Source of the DNA: Mobula hypostoma
Taxonomy: Eukaryota
DNA: 64,000 nucleotides
Direction of reading: 5' to 3'
Assembly (NCBI RefSeq): GCF_963921235.1
Contig: NC_086101.1
Location: forward strand, 31,806,001 to 31,870,000
Below the pieces are notes generated by a model. That model ran no database searches, had not been told where the DNA came from, and worked only from the letters and a program-made list of their open reading frames with translations. Below are positions 48,969-61,381 of this stretch, one piece after another. A program made the position numbers and the translations under genes. How positions within the stretch are numbered: the stretch's first letter is position 1; the number at the start of each line of letters is the position of its first letter.

Positions 48969-49017
48969 CTGCGGAGGTCCCTCCACAAAGGAGGACCAAC
49001 AGTAGTAGCCGCGACAT
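48969..49017 (-). CDS. MHC class I gene 1 leader exon (MSRLLLLVLLCGGTSA)
   Basis: ATG, 16-codon hydrophobic signal peptide, phase-1 donor CAG|gtgggt, directly downstream of a class I-type promoter. Confidence 0.9.
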
Positions 49018-49159
49018 CGTCACTCTATCATTGTCAGCGCCGTCTCAAGTTTCCCAGTCCCCCGCCAGCGCACGGTGCGATCCAACTCGGCTCACGGCCG
49101 CCGAAAGATCTTCCTATCCTGCCCGGCGCCGGGCGGGCTCATCCCCGGTCTGCGTGTCG

Positions 49160-49275
49160 ATTGGTCCGCGCGATACCGTGACCCAATCGAGATTCGTACC
49201 TGCTCTTCATACCTGTTTGCGTCATTGGTCTCCAGGCGGAGCAAATCGAATCGCTTGGAAACCTTTCATTCAGGG
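49160..49275 (-). promoter_or_regulatory. MHC class I proximal promoter: X1/X2(CRE)-Y(ATTGG)-CCAAT and possible ISRE
   Basis: Minus strand: RFX-like CCGCCTGGAGACC (49239-49227), TGACGCA (49224-49218), ATTGG (49187-49183), CCAAT (49164-49160) and an ISRE-like GAATGAAAG near 49265-49273. Confidence 0.7.
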
Positions 49276-49499
49276 CCAGAGCTATAATTCGCATCATTTG
49301 TTGCCGGGGACGGTGGAGCGAGTGGAGACTGCATTGACAGAAACTTTCATACTCCAGTCCACGACAGAGATCCACCTGGGCCATTTACTCCCGATCAGCT
49401 CACAGAATCTGGCATCCCACAGTGCATTATCTCACACTTAATTTGATTAAATTCTGCCTGCCTCAGCTCCAGTCAATCTTCCATCTGAGTTATTCATTC

Positions 49500-51000
49500 C
49501 TTCAAAGTTCAAAATTCAAAGTAAATTTATATCTGCATATACAACCCTGAGATTCATGTTCTTGTGGGCGTTTACAGCAAATGCAAAGAAGCACAGTAGA
49601 ATCAATGAATAACCAGACCCAACAAAAAGGACAATCAATTTGCATAAGACAACAAACTGTGCAAATGCAAAAAGAGAAAAATAAAATAATAATAATAAAC
49701 AATAAATATCAAGAACATGAGATGAAGAGTGGCTGAGCATTAAGTCCATCGGTTGTGGGAGATGTTCAGTGATGGGGTGAATGAGGTTATGCCCGGTGGT
49801 TCGGGAGCCTGAGAGTTGAGGGGAAGTAACTGTTCCTGAACCTGGTGATGTGGGCCCTGAGGCTCCTGACCCTCCTTTCTGATAGCAGCAGCAAGAAGAG
49901 AGCACAGACTGGATGGTGAGGGTCCTTCCCGGTGGATGCTGCTTTCCTGTAACAGCACTCCATGTTGATGTGATCAATGGGAGGGCTTTACTGTGTTGGA
50001 CTGGGCCTTATCCACTATTTTTGTAGTCTTTTCCCTTTAAGGCATTGGTATTTTCATACGAGGCCATGATATAACCAAACAATATACTCCTCCACCACAC
50101 GCCTACAGAAGTTTGTCGAAGTTTTAGATGGCATGACGAATCTTTGCAAACTTCTAAGAAAGTAGAGGAGGTGCTATACTTTATCTGCAATGGTACTGAT
50201 GTGCTGCACTCAGTACAGATCCTCTGAAATGGTAACACCGAGGAATTTGAAGTTGCTGAGCCTTTCCACCTCTGATTCCCCGATGAGGACCGGCTCATGG
50301 ACCGTGGGTCTCCTCCTGCTGTAGCCAATAATCAGATCTATGATCTTGCTGACATCGAGAGGTTGTTGTCGTGGCACTAGTCAGCTAGGTTTTCAGTCTC
50401 CCTCCTATATGCTGATTTGTCACCATCTTTGGTTCGGCTAACAACAGTGGTTTTATCGCCAAAGTTAAAAATGCATTGGAGCTGTGTTTAGCATCACAGT
50501 TCATAAGTGTAAAGTGAGTAGAGCAGGGGGCTAAGCACACAGCCTTGTGGTGCACCCGTGCTGACAGTGATTGTGGAGGAGATGTTGCTAATCCGAACTG
50601 ACTGGGGTCTGCATCTGAGGAAATAGTGGATCCAGTTGCACAGGAGGTATTAAGACTTAGGTCATGAAGCATATTGATTAGTTTTGAGTGGGTGATAGTA
50701 TTGAATGCCAAGCTAAAGTCAATAAAAGACATCCTAGTGTATACATCTCTGTTGTCCATATGTTCCAGGATTGAGTGAAGAGCCAATGAAATGGTATCTG
50801 CTGTTGACCTCTTGCAAGGGTGGGCAAATTGGAGCAGATACAAGTCACTTCTCAGACAGGAGTTGATGTGCTTCATCACCAACATCTCAAAGCACTTCAT
50901 CACAGTGGATGTCATTGAAGCAGGTTACCGTGTTTTTCTTAGGCACTGCTTGAAGCAGGCGGTAACCTCAAGAAACAAGAGGTTAACATTATAAGTGAAT
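49500..51000 (-). mobile_element. Rex1/Babar LINE RT and 3' end
   Basis: ORF 50385-50915 (TSTVMKCFE..QFA..RSTADTI..FIDFSLAFNTI). Confidence 0.85.
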
Positions 51001-54000
51001 ACTCCAGCCAGTTGATCAGTCCAGGACTTCACTACTCAGCCAGGGCTGGGTGCTTCTGTGGGTTCACCCACCTGAAAGATGCTTTCATGTCAGCACAGAA
51101 TCACTGGGGGCCGTGGGATGTCATGATGGTGTCTCCATGTTTTGTTGCTCAATGCGAGCATAGAAGGCATTGAGCTCATCTGGGAGTGAAACCTTGTTGT
51201 CACCTATGTCACTTGGTTTCACTTGGTACGTGGTGATAACCCTGCTACAACTGACGAGCATCCTTCAGTGATTCAAGTTTTGTCCAGAATTGCCACTTGA
51301 CACACACTACCATGCCTGGACTACCCCAACCCCGTTTTCTGGGGATCGTATGTATTTAACTTAGTCACTTAACTGATCTGGTCCTCAGCAGATTGTGGCT
51401 CTCATAGTTCATCCAGGGCTCCTGGTTGGTGAAGACTCTGAATGATTTTGTGGGAACACACTTGTCTATGATCCTTGACTCTTGCCCTAATCCTCGACGT
51501 TTCTTGATCCTTAGATGTCGTCGTTGTTAGGTCACATCTGGAATTTCCAGTTGGCGGACGATTTCCCTCCACACCGCTCTGACATATTGGGAACTCATGT
51601 ACTCGGCAAGTTACAGCAGTAGTTCGCCTTTGCCTTCTGCCGGGTGAGTTTAAAGAGATCACCACCTCTTGCAGTGGATGGCCAGGATGTCTAAGTGCCT
51701 TGTCGTGCTCTTAGCGCTCCACAATGCCTGCTGGCCTGCCTTCTTGACCGTTGGACCATTATTTGGTCTCTTCCACTCAATCCACCATGGCCAGACTTCA
51801 CACGCTGGGACAGGCAGATCCCCTACCTCACCGAGGGTCGAAGACTCCTCGGCTACCCTCACCTGATTTGGCCCGTCTGCCGAGACGGTTTACCGGGGTG
51901 TGGCCGCTGCACGTGGTACAGCTGCTTGGAGCCACAGGTGAGAGCTGAGTGCCAGCTGGGGACCAAAGGTGGTCAAGTTGCCCTAAAAAAGGGCATGGCA
52001 GGCCCCCCCCCACCAGAGGTGCTACCCCTCCCTAGACACCCCATACACCCTGATCCTTAGATGACCTTCTTTATTGTCTGTAACTGCACCAAATACTGTG
52101 CTATTGAGGTATTTTACAAATAACAAAGGTCCCAGCAATGAACCCTGTGCTACATAGTTACAGACTCAATCAGATAAACACCCATCCACCACCACGCTCT
52201 GCCTCCGACCACCAGACCAAACTCTACACCCAGTTCACCAATACAACTCAGATCCTGAGCCTCTCGAGCAGCTTACCGTGCAGGATCTTCTCAAAAAGTT
52301 TACTGATCCATGTAAATCATGTGAACCAGTTTACCTTCATCAATTCTCTCATAAAGTGCATCAAAAATGAAACAGATTGGATCAGTGATACATAATCTCC
52401 TTTTCTTAAAGCCGTGCTGACTTCTCATCAGTCCCTGCCTTTCCATGTGAACTTAAATTCTGCCCCTCAGCGCCTTCTCCAGCACTGATGGAAGGCTCAC
52501 GGTCTGTATTTTCCTGGCTTCTAAGGTGGCCCATTTTAAACAAGGGGACAACACGAATCATCCCCCACTTTTCCAGTACCTAAGCTGCAACCCTCTTCAT
52601 CAGATACCAACTATTTGCTGGGGAGGGCATATGGGAACAGTGGGGGGAGAGCACCCAGTGGGAAGGATGTGCTGGTGATGAGCTGATGGAGAGTGTGGGG
52701 GAGTGCGGGAGTGGGGAGAAGCTCAGTGGTCGGGGACTCTTTGAGGCATTCGGATAGAAAGGTTTGTGTGAGGTAGTCTGATTTGAGCAGAAGGAGAGAC
52801 AAAGGGACAGGGGATAGGTTACTTGAAACTGGGGAACTGAATGTTCATACCCTCAGGTTGTAAACTCCTCATGGGGAATATGTGATATTGTCTTTTAGCC
52901 TGACAAATGTGTTGAAATTCTTTGAGGAAATAACAGGAAGGATAGACAAAGAAGAGTCAAAGGTGGATATTGTTCACTTAAATTTTCAGAATGTCTTTGA
53001 CAAGATGCCTCACACGAGGCTGCTTAGCAAGATACGAGCCCATGGTATTACAGGAAAGGTGCTAGCATGGATAGATGACTGGCTGACTGGCAGGAGGCAG
53101 AGAGTGCGAATAAATGGGGACTTTTCTGGTTGTTCTGCAGCAGTGTGCAAGGGGACCACTGACAGAACTGTTGGCATTGTGGCCAAATTTACAGTCAATA
53201 CAGACAGGTGGAGGGGCAGGTGGTGTTGAGTAGCAAGGAGCCTGAAGAAGGGATTTTACCTGCTGACTCTCCCCACCAGTGTTTCCCCAAGCAGACTAGC
53301 ACAAGTTTGTTCTCTTTCCCCTTCCTGAAGTCAACAGTCAGCTCTTTTGTTTTCTGGTGCACTATTTCCCCCAAGGTTATGTTCACGACCAGGAATTTAA
53401 AGGGTGCTACATTGTGTCCGTTCTGCCACTGGCCTCAACTCCTCTGGGCCAGTTCCCACGGCTTTCAGACCCTCGACTGTGCAAATATTTCTTTAACTCG
53501 ATCTGAACCATCTCTAATGATCCAGCCCCCACTACTCTGGGGCTGAGGCCTCTAATGATTCACCACCCTCTGTCAGAGGAAGCCGGCCCAGAGCTCAGCT
53601 TCAAATTACTGCTTTCTGTCAGATGGATCCTGTGGGCAGGGTGTCCCAGAGGCATATGGTCATCACTCCCACGCCAGGACTGCCCAACGCCCCCCCATGG
53701 AATCTCACTGTGCAGGGATCACCCACTCTTTGAGAGCCATGCCCTTTCCACAACCCTAGACTTCCAAGGTAACAGGGCTTCTCCAGAACGTGACTCCTCC
53801 CTGCTATGCTCTAAAATCAAATTGAAATGTGTAAGACAAAGTGGTGTTAGCTTGCAGCATTTTGAGAAAGTTAAGGGAGAGGGGGAAGGGGAAGGATAGG
53901 GTGAGGGCCATGAAGGAGTGGGAACTGCATGAATGCTTGTCAGCGTTCTGCCAATCAGCTCATTTATGATGGTAGGTATTAGTTTGTATCCTGAACTGCT

Positions 54001-54199
54001 ACTTTATTAACCATTTGTTTTTCTTTCTGTATTTTATGTTTTATGGAACTTCAATAAAGTGATGTATTGTGGTTTAACACATGTTCAGTGTCTTTTTTGG
54101 TTGTGAATATATACGCAAATGTCTACTGCTGAATCAAGAAAGAACAAAATGATTATAAGGAGGTGGCATGGCTCTGATGAGCTGAATAGCCTTTTGTGT

Positions 54200-55210
54200 G
54201 GTAGGGAGTAATCCCTCCAACCTGCCTCAGTAACTGTACTCCAGTGGGAGAATAGTCAAGCTGAGGACAAGAACTACCGGGCCTGACCAGATGTCAACCA
54301 GAGTAAGTGATGTTGGTGTTTGGGATCAGGCTGCTGGAATGCCCTGGATTCAGGGTGAGGCGGTCTATCTCTCACTGCTGCCCAAATATGCTGCAAGTGC
54401 TGGTCATTCCTCAGCCCTGTTTGGCTGCATTCAGTCCAGATGTGCTCAGTAGTGGGGAGGACTTCACCTGTGATGGACTGGGCCATATCCACTACTTGTT
54501 GTAGCATTTTCCACTCAAGGGCATTGGTATACTCATATCAGGCTGTGATGCAGCCAGTCAATATACCCTCCACTATAGAGGTTATAGAGGTTTGTCAAAG
54601 TCTTAGAGGTCATGCTGAATCTTCGTAGAGGTGTCTCTGTACTTTCTTCGCAGTTGGACTTCAGTGTTGGGCCCAGGACAGGTCCTCCAAAATAATAACA
54701 TAGGGGAGTTTAATGTTGTTCAGCCTTTCCACCTCTGATCCTCCGATGAAGGCTGGCTAATGGACCTCTGGTTTCCTTCTCCTGAAGTCGATAATCAGCT
54801 CCTTGATCTTGCTGACACAGTGTGTGGCACCACTCATCCAGATTTTCAATCTCCTGCCTATATGATGATTCGTCACCACCTTTAATTCGGCCTACAGCAG
54901 TGGTGTCATCAGCAAACTTGAATATGGTATTGGAGCTGTGCTTAGCCAGACAGTCATATGTGTAAAGCGAGTACAGCAGGGGGCTAAGGACACATCCTTG
55001 TGGAGCACCTGTGCCGATGGAGATTGTGGAGGAGATGTTGTTGACAATTCAAAGTGACTGGGGTCTGCAAGTGAGGAAATCGAGGATCTAAATGCACAAG
55101 GAGATATTGAGACCAAGGTCTTGAAGCTTATTGATTAGTTTTGAGGGGATGATGGTATTGAATGATGAGCTGTAGTCAGTAATAAGCATCCTGATTTTAA
55201 CTTCAGGGAT
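54200..55210 (-). mobile_element. Rex1/Babar LINE fragment
   Basis: [23 protein letters not shown] and downstream RT remnants. Confidence 0.8.
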
Positions 55211-57322
55211 TTTAAATTCAAGGAAATCTGCTGTGTGAGCAAACTGGAACAGCCCCAGTCTCAGTAATGAACCCTGCACAAGAGGATTGTCAGAAATCAG
55301 TGTCTGTGATCTCCAGGGAGGTGAAATGACATGATTGCACTAGACAGGGTGCAGAAGTTCACAAAAATGTTGTCTGGGGTGGAGCAGTGTGGCTGTAAAG
55401 GAGAGAATTGATAGCCCCTTTGGAGTGGAGGATGCTGAGGGGAGACCTGATAGAGGTACAAAATTATTACAGGCAAAGACAGGGTAGTCCATATGTGAAA
55501 CCTTCCCCATGGCAAACATGTCTGAAACTAGAGAGATGGGGTTCGGGCAACGGTGAAGAGGGGATATGGGGAAGAATTTTCACACAGGCAGTGGGGGGGG
55601 GGTGGTGGTTGGAATGTGGGACACACCCCCTGATGGGGTGGTGGAGGGAGAGAATCTCACAATATTTAAGAAATACCCAGACAAGCATTTGAGTCAGCAA
55701 GGCAGAGAAGGTTGTGGACGAAGTGTCTGTGAGTGGGAATAACATAGATGGGTCATTGATGGTCAGCATGGACACAGGTCCACCGAAGAACGCATTTCCA
55801 TGCTGTAGGACTGTGGGGTAGCCAGCAGACTCTGGACACTTCGCCACCAAACAACAAATCTCACAACATATGCCAGTGATATTAAACTTGATTCAAATGG
55901 TGCAATTAAACAATTCCTTGACTTCCACCCTCACATAAGGTAACATAAACATGGTCTTTGTCAGCTCTCTGCCTGGTCACTGTTGCCCCAGCAGTAACCA
56001 CTCCTTGTGTTTTCTCACCCACCCGCCCACAAAGGCAGCCCCTCCCTCACTCTTAGGCAGCATGGAGCTGGACTAAGTATCAGCCAGCACCTCTTTAAAT
56101 CCCTGCCACACATCACTCCCACTTTGTCCAGAGACCTGGTGGCTGCATCCTTCAAATCCCAATGTTCCCAACACCACAATCTTTTGCAGTCAGGAAGATG
56201 GAGTACATGTCGACTTTATTTGGATTCAGTATTAAAGAGCCTTGACAGTAAAGCACAAACAAACACTTCCCTCCCTACCTCCCACTCCCCCGGCATAAAA
56301 GTCACATTTCCAGATCTCCCTGTGATCACCCCCACAGCCCATGGGTCAAAGTGACACCTTAACTCCAGGACCTACCACCCACTCCCCTCCCATCCCACAG
56401 GGGCCAGAAGCCACTCTCGGTCAACAGTCAAATTGACTGAATGAGCAAATCTATTCACCCAGCTGTGAGTCTCCAGATGCTGACCAGGACTGAGCTGTGG
56501 GTCACAGCTGTTCCGCACTAAACCCCTTCACTTCATCCCAAACACATTAAAGTGATTCAGCTTTCAGCTTTCTATGAAAAGCAGCATTATAGTCTGGCTC
56601 CTGCAGTGAATCAGCAAATTATCAGTATTCCCAAGCATGTGGGTCAATGCCCAAATCAAAGGTTAACTCGTTAATCATCCGAAGCCCCAGGATTACATTC
56701 TGTTCCCCTTGATCTCTTCATCAACATCTTGCTGTGAATTGAATTTTCTGCAGAGAGGGAGAGAGATGAGGAGAGATAGTTATAGAGTGAGGCAAACCCA
56801 CAGAGACATCAACAACAAAGCTCCCCAACACTGACAATAAAACCCACCGAAATGCCCCACCCATCACTGGGAATAATATCCAGCGATTCCCAGTTCCCAA
56901 CAACTACTGCAATATAATCTAGACACGGAACCCATCCTGCACCACACCACACCCATAAAAAACCCATCTTCCCCAGCACCATAAACCCCCCACAACAACC
57001 CACCCTCCACACCCCCGACTTCCCCCTACAACACCTGAGCACACCCCTGGCCACAAAACACCAGTGGGGGGCAACCCTGGGAAGAAACAGCATTTCCAGT
57101 GACAAACTTCAGGAAAACTGGGCACTGGATCCTTGGAATGGAACGGAGCAGGAGGCCATTCCCAGGGTGAGGTGCTGTGGGGACTGGTTACAGCCCATCC
57201 CACAGTTCTGGTTCCGGACCGGGGTTTCTCAGTGCCCAGACTGTGCTGTAATGACCAGCTTCAGCTCCAGTGACAAGAGCTGGGAAGCCCAGCATTGACC
57301 AGAGCCCAACACGGTTCCTACC

Positions 57323-57369
57323 TCAGGCCATGGCAGAGGAGTTGGAGGAGGATTCTCCTTTGTCAGAAG
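57323..57369 (-). CDS. MHC class I locus 2 last coding exon (TSDKGESSSNSSAMA*)
   Basis: ttcacag| acceptor, TGAG|gtagga donor; the 3'UTR exon acceptor is at 56747, paralogous to 30755. Confidence 0.88.
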
Positions 57370-57621
57370 CTGTGAATGGAAGGACAGGCAGGAAAATATT
57401 TACTACCAATGCAGTGCAGACACGGAGAAACAAAGACAGCCACATGCACACCATACACCACTGCACAAACACAGGTGTATACAGATAATCACACATACCG
57501 ACAGAGACATGCACAAAGGTGTTGCACATACACACACGTGGAACCCCTGTTCTATTGAAGAAACCCAGTGAACATGAACAATGTCACACAACCATCCAGC
57601 TGTGATTTATAGTGAACATAC

Positions 57622-57651
57622 TTTTAGTTGGATTGTAGCCATTGTCCCCGG
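57622..57651 (-). CDS. MHC class I locus 2 cytoplasmic exon (AGDNGYNPTK)
   Basis: tttttcag|...|gtatgt, 30 nt, GYNP motif. Confidence 0.88.
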
Positions 57652-58740
57652 CTGAAAAACACAGACAGATGGTGAGAACGGTCCCACATCCCCAGCATAT
57701 AAGCATTGGCAGGAGATCCCAATCAAACAGAACTCATGGTACAAGTTGTGAAAGGAGACACATCCAACAGGATCACCAGGTGCCCGAACTCATTGTAAGG
57801 CCATGAGACGGAACAAAGCTGGAGTGTGACAGAGTGGTCAGTGGGAGGTTTGGAGTGACCATTTACCCTAATACTGACCCTGACCCTGGTCAGGTTCACC
57901 AGGTATGGATGCACACGGTAATGAGAGGCTCAGGTGGGGCAGGTAGGAGGAACTGATTTCCCGGAGCAGAGGAGTCCAAGATCAGAATCTGTCAGTGAGG
58001 AGCAAGATCACTGGAAGTGACCAGAGGAAGGAATGGTTCACCCAAACCCAGAGGGTGGCTGGAATCAAACACACTGAAGAAGTGGAGAAGGCAGACTCGC
58101 ATATCACTGAGGATAGATCTAGACAGGTATATGAATAACCAAGATAGAGATGGCAAGGAAATGGGATCAGACATGCAAATATGTGATCATTAATGAGAGG
58201 TCAGGCCGAAGGAACTAATTCCATACAGTCTGACTCGCTGACTCTTGCACTGGGGGAAAGTAGAGCACAAAGTTACAGTTAGTCTATGAGATGATAAGAG
58301 GCAGAGATAATGTGGACAACCAGCTTTTGCCTTAACCAGGAAGCAACGCCTAATACCAAAGAACATCTTTTTAAGGTGATTGCAGAAAGTGTCGGGGCGA
58401 TGTCAGAGGGGAGCATGGGACACTGCTGTGGTCGTGATGGAGACTGACACATTAAGGACAGTTCAGAGACTCTTAGTTAGGCACATGGATGAAAGAGAAA
58501 TGGACAATTTGTGAGAGGGATGTGTTAGATTGACCGTGGAGTGGGTTAAGAGGTCAGCACAATTTTGTGGGCCAAAGGGCCAATACTGTGCTATACCGTC
58601 CTGCTCCATGACCCTACAGAGAGAGGCCAAGACAACACGGATACTGTTATAATGGGAGAAGGAAAAGTGGTGGGGAATTGTGGGGTGAAGATGGGTGACA
58701 TTGGATGCCCAAGTACCGCACAACCAGTGGTGTTTCTTAC

Positions 58741-59004
58741 CGAGGAACAGGACGAGGGGCTCGGGGAGACCCCGGTGTTCCACCCGACAGGAGAACTTTG
58801 CTGTGTCCGTGGGCTCCACCCGCACCGTCCTGGTCAGCTGGTAGGTGTTGTCGTGATTGGGGAGGATCCCGTGGGAATGGGTCTCCTCCAGGATCCGGCC
58901 GTTCCGCAGAATAGTCACGTCGATGGACTGAGGGTAGAAGCCAGTAGCCACACAGGAGAGCTGGCGGCCGGCCTCGGAGGCGGTGAACGAGACTTCAGGG
59001 GGAT
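58741..59004 (-). CDS. MHC class I locus 2 alpha3 exon (downstream module)
   Basis: 264 nt, open, ccccag| and |gtaaga. Confidence 0.93.
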
Positions 59005-59203
59005 CTGGGGTGGGAGAGAAAGAGGAAGCATTGAGTGGAGGTAGGAAGGGGATGGGAAGAGGAGACTGCGTGGGGGGTGTTGCAGAGGAGGTGGCGGGGC
59101 TGGTGAAGGCGGCAAGGGGTGGGCAGGGGAGGGTGGAGATGGGGGTTGCAGACACTGACTTCCACTCCCTGGCATACACATTGACCCCACCCCACGCACT
59201 CAC

Positions 59204-59476
59204 TGGGTTCAAGGTGACTCCCCCCGGCCTTGACATATTTCATCAGCCATTCGATGCAGGTGTGCTCCAGGTATCCCTTCCAACCCTGGTTCATGGCCAT
59301 GTCCCGGTCCCACTTGTTCTTAGTGATGATACCCCAGGGCACAGGGGTCACCCACACCATCCGGTCCTTGTCGAAGAGGATGAAGTCTGACCCGTCCCAG
59401 CCGTACTGCAGGAACCCGGCAGTGGTCCCGTCGTCACGGAGCTCACAGCCGGACATCCTCTGGAGAAAGTGGATCC
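59204..59476 (-). CDS. MHC class I locus 2 alpha2 exon (downstream module)
   Basis: GIHFLQRMSGCEL..DFI..TKNKW..GYLEHTCIEWLMKY; 273 nt, splice sites intact. Confidence 0.94.
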
Positions 59477-59559
59477 CTGGAACACATCATCCATTGGCGA
59501 GTTGTGGGGCTGTGGACAACTTTCCATCCTGCAGATGTGGCTTTTATTTCCACTCCCCC

Positions 59560-61100
59560 AGGCAGAACCAATATACACCCCACACGTTCCCCCACCGTTC
59601 ACAATCCCTACTGTCACCGCTGAACAGACCCCACCATCACTTCTTCACCGCAACCCACCATTGACCCATCCCTACCATCACCTTCCATGTCACCCCTCAC
59701 CTCCAACACGGTCCCCACCCACATCCTACCATCACTCTCTCTCCCCACCACTGCATCTGACTCCTGCCCCGTCTCTAACATCACCCCACCCCTCCCCACC
59801 CTGTATGATCTCTACTATCAGCCCCAAGACAAAACCTACCATCACATCCGTCTCCAAAATCCCCACTGTCACCCCCCCACAATCCCTGTCATCCCACCAC
59901 CACAAATCCTTATGTCACGCCCACCAGCCCTACAATTCCCACCACACCCCACCCCATATGGTCCCTAACATCACTCCCTCCCCCCTCACACCCGCACTCT
60001 CCCCCATCACCTCCCACACCACTGCACATTCCCTATCATCACCCCCTCATTCAAACATTCTTTATTGTCAACACCCTACCCCCACACTGCCCCTACTCTC
60101 ACCCCCACACCCGCTCAAAACCTACCATCAACTGTCACCCCCACACGATCACCATTGTCACCCCCGCCAGCCCCACAATACCTAACATCACCCCTGCCAC
60201 CCCTTGCAAAATCACTGACGACACCCACACCATCCCTCCCAGAGCCCCCTGTGCATCCCCATGATCGTTAACGTCACCCCTGCACAACCGCATGATCCCT
60301 AACGTCACCCCTGTACACACCCAGGATCACTAACTTCACCTCTGTACATCCCCATGCTCACTAACGGCACCCCTGCACACCCCCATGATCACGAATGTCA
60401 CCCGTGTACACTCCCAAGATCACTAACGTCACCCCTGTACACCCCCATGATCACTAACGTCTCCCCTACCATCCCCAACAATCCCCAACACCCCGTCACC
60501 ACAATTTCTAATGTCATCCCTGCCATCCCTCCCACATACCCTAACATCACCCCTGCACCCCACAATCCCTAATGTTGCCCCTGCTAACAACCACCATCCC
60601 TCACTTCACAGTCCACAATCCCTAACGTCACCTCTACCACCCCCCCATGATCCCTAACGTCACCCCTGCTGTCCCCCACAATCCCCAACAACACCCCTCC
60701 AACCCCAAGATCCCTAACATCACCCCTGCCATACCCAACAAAGCCCAACAACACCCCTGCCACCCAATCCCTAATGCCATCCCTGCCACCTTTCCCATGT
60801 GCCCTAACGTCACTCCTGCCACCCCACAATCCCTAATGTCACCCCGGCTAACACCCACCATCCCTCACTTCACAGCCCACAATCGCTAATGTCACAGCCG
60901 GCACCCCCACCTCAGTCCATTGCATGACCCCCACCCAATCACTACCATCATCTCCACCACCCCACAAACCCCACCGTCACCTTCCACACCCCTCCCCACC
61001 CCACCATCTCTACCATCAGCTCCCCCAACCACCGAAACCGTGCCTGCCATCACCCACCTAATCCCCACAACTGTGTGTTCCCCTCTGCCACCCCTCCCCG
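59560..61100. repeat. C/A-rich degenerate minisatellite in intron 2 with recurrent CCCTAA
   Basis: Units such as atccctaacgtcacccctg recur many times between 59960 and 60890; strong C over G skew. Repeated again at 63230-64000. Confidence 0.9.
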
Positions 61101-61120
61101 CAGCATGGTTCCCCACTCAC

Positions 61121-61381
61121 CACTCGTCTGGTTGGTCCGGTACATGAGGGTCTGGATTTCGGCCTGGGCCCACTGCTCATCGCCCTGAGAGATCCTTGTC
61201 TCCCGTTCCCAGTAGTCAGGTCCCTGAGTCTCCGCCATCCACTGCTGACGGGGAACCGACCGTCTCAACTCACTGTCGTAGTAACTGATCAACAACTCAT
61301 CCACATACCTGACGGTAATGAACTCAGGGACCCCCGACCCCGGGGTCACCGCCGTGGAGAAATAACGGAGAGAGTGAAAGC
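61121..61381 (-). CDS. MHC class I locus 2 alpha1 exon (downstream module)
   Basis: GFHSLRYFST..DYWERETR..RTNQTS; 261 nt; ttccag| and |gtgagt. Confidence 0.94.

Larger units (their letters stand above)
30755..49017 (-). other. UAA: MHC class I heavy-chain gene 1 (UAA-like), span from ATG to start of the 3'UTR exon; 346 aa
   Basis: Seven coding exons (49+261+273+273+108+30+47 = 1041 nt), all phase 1 with GT-AG sites. The 3'UTR exon starts at 30755, with AATAAA at 30468-30473. It keeps Y7, Y59, R84, T143, K146, W147, Y159 and Y171; position 123 is L. The lineage call comes from motif recall only. Confidence 0.85.

Noticed and set aside
59469-60185. 238-aa Pro/His-rich ORF (and 63140-63649, 18284-18973)
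   Set aside because: These are translations of low-complexity intronic or tandem repeats lacking stops, with no domain signal.
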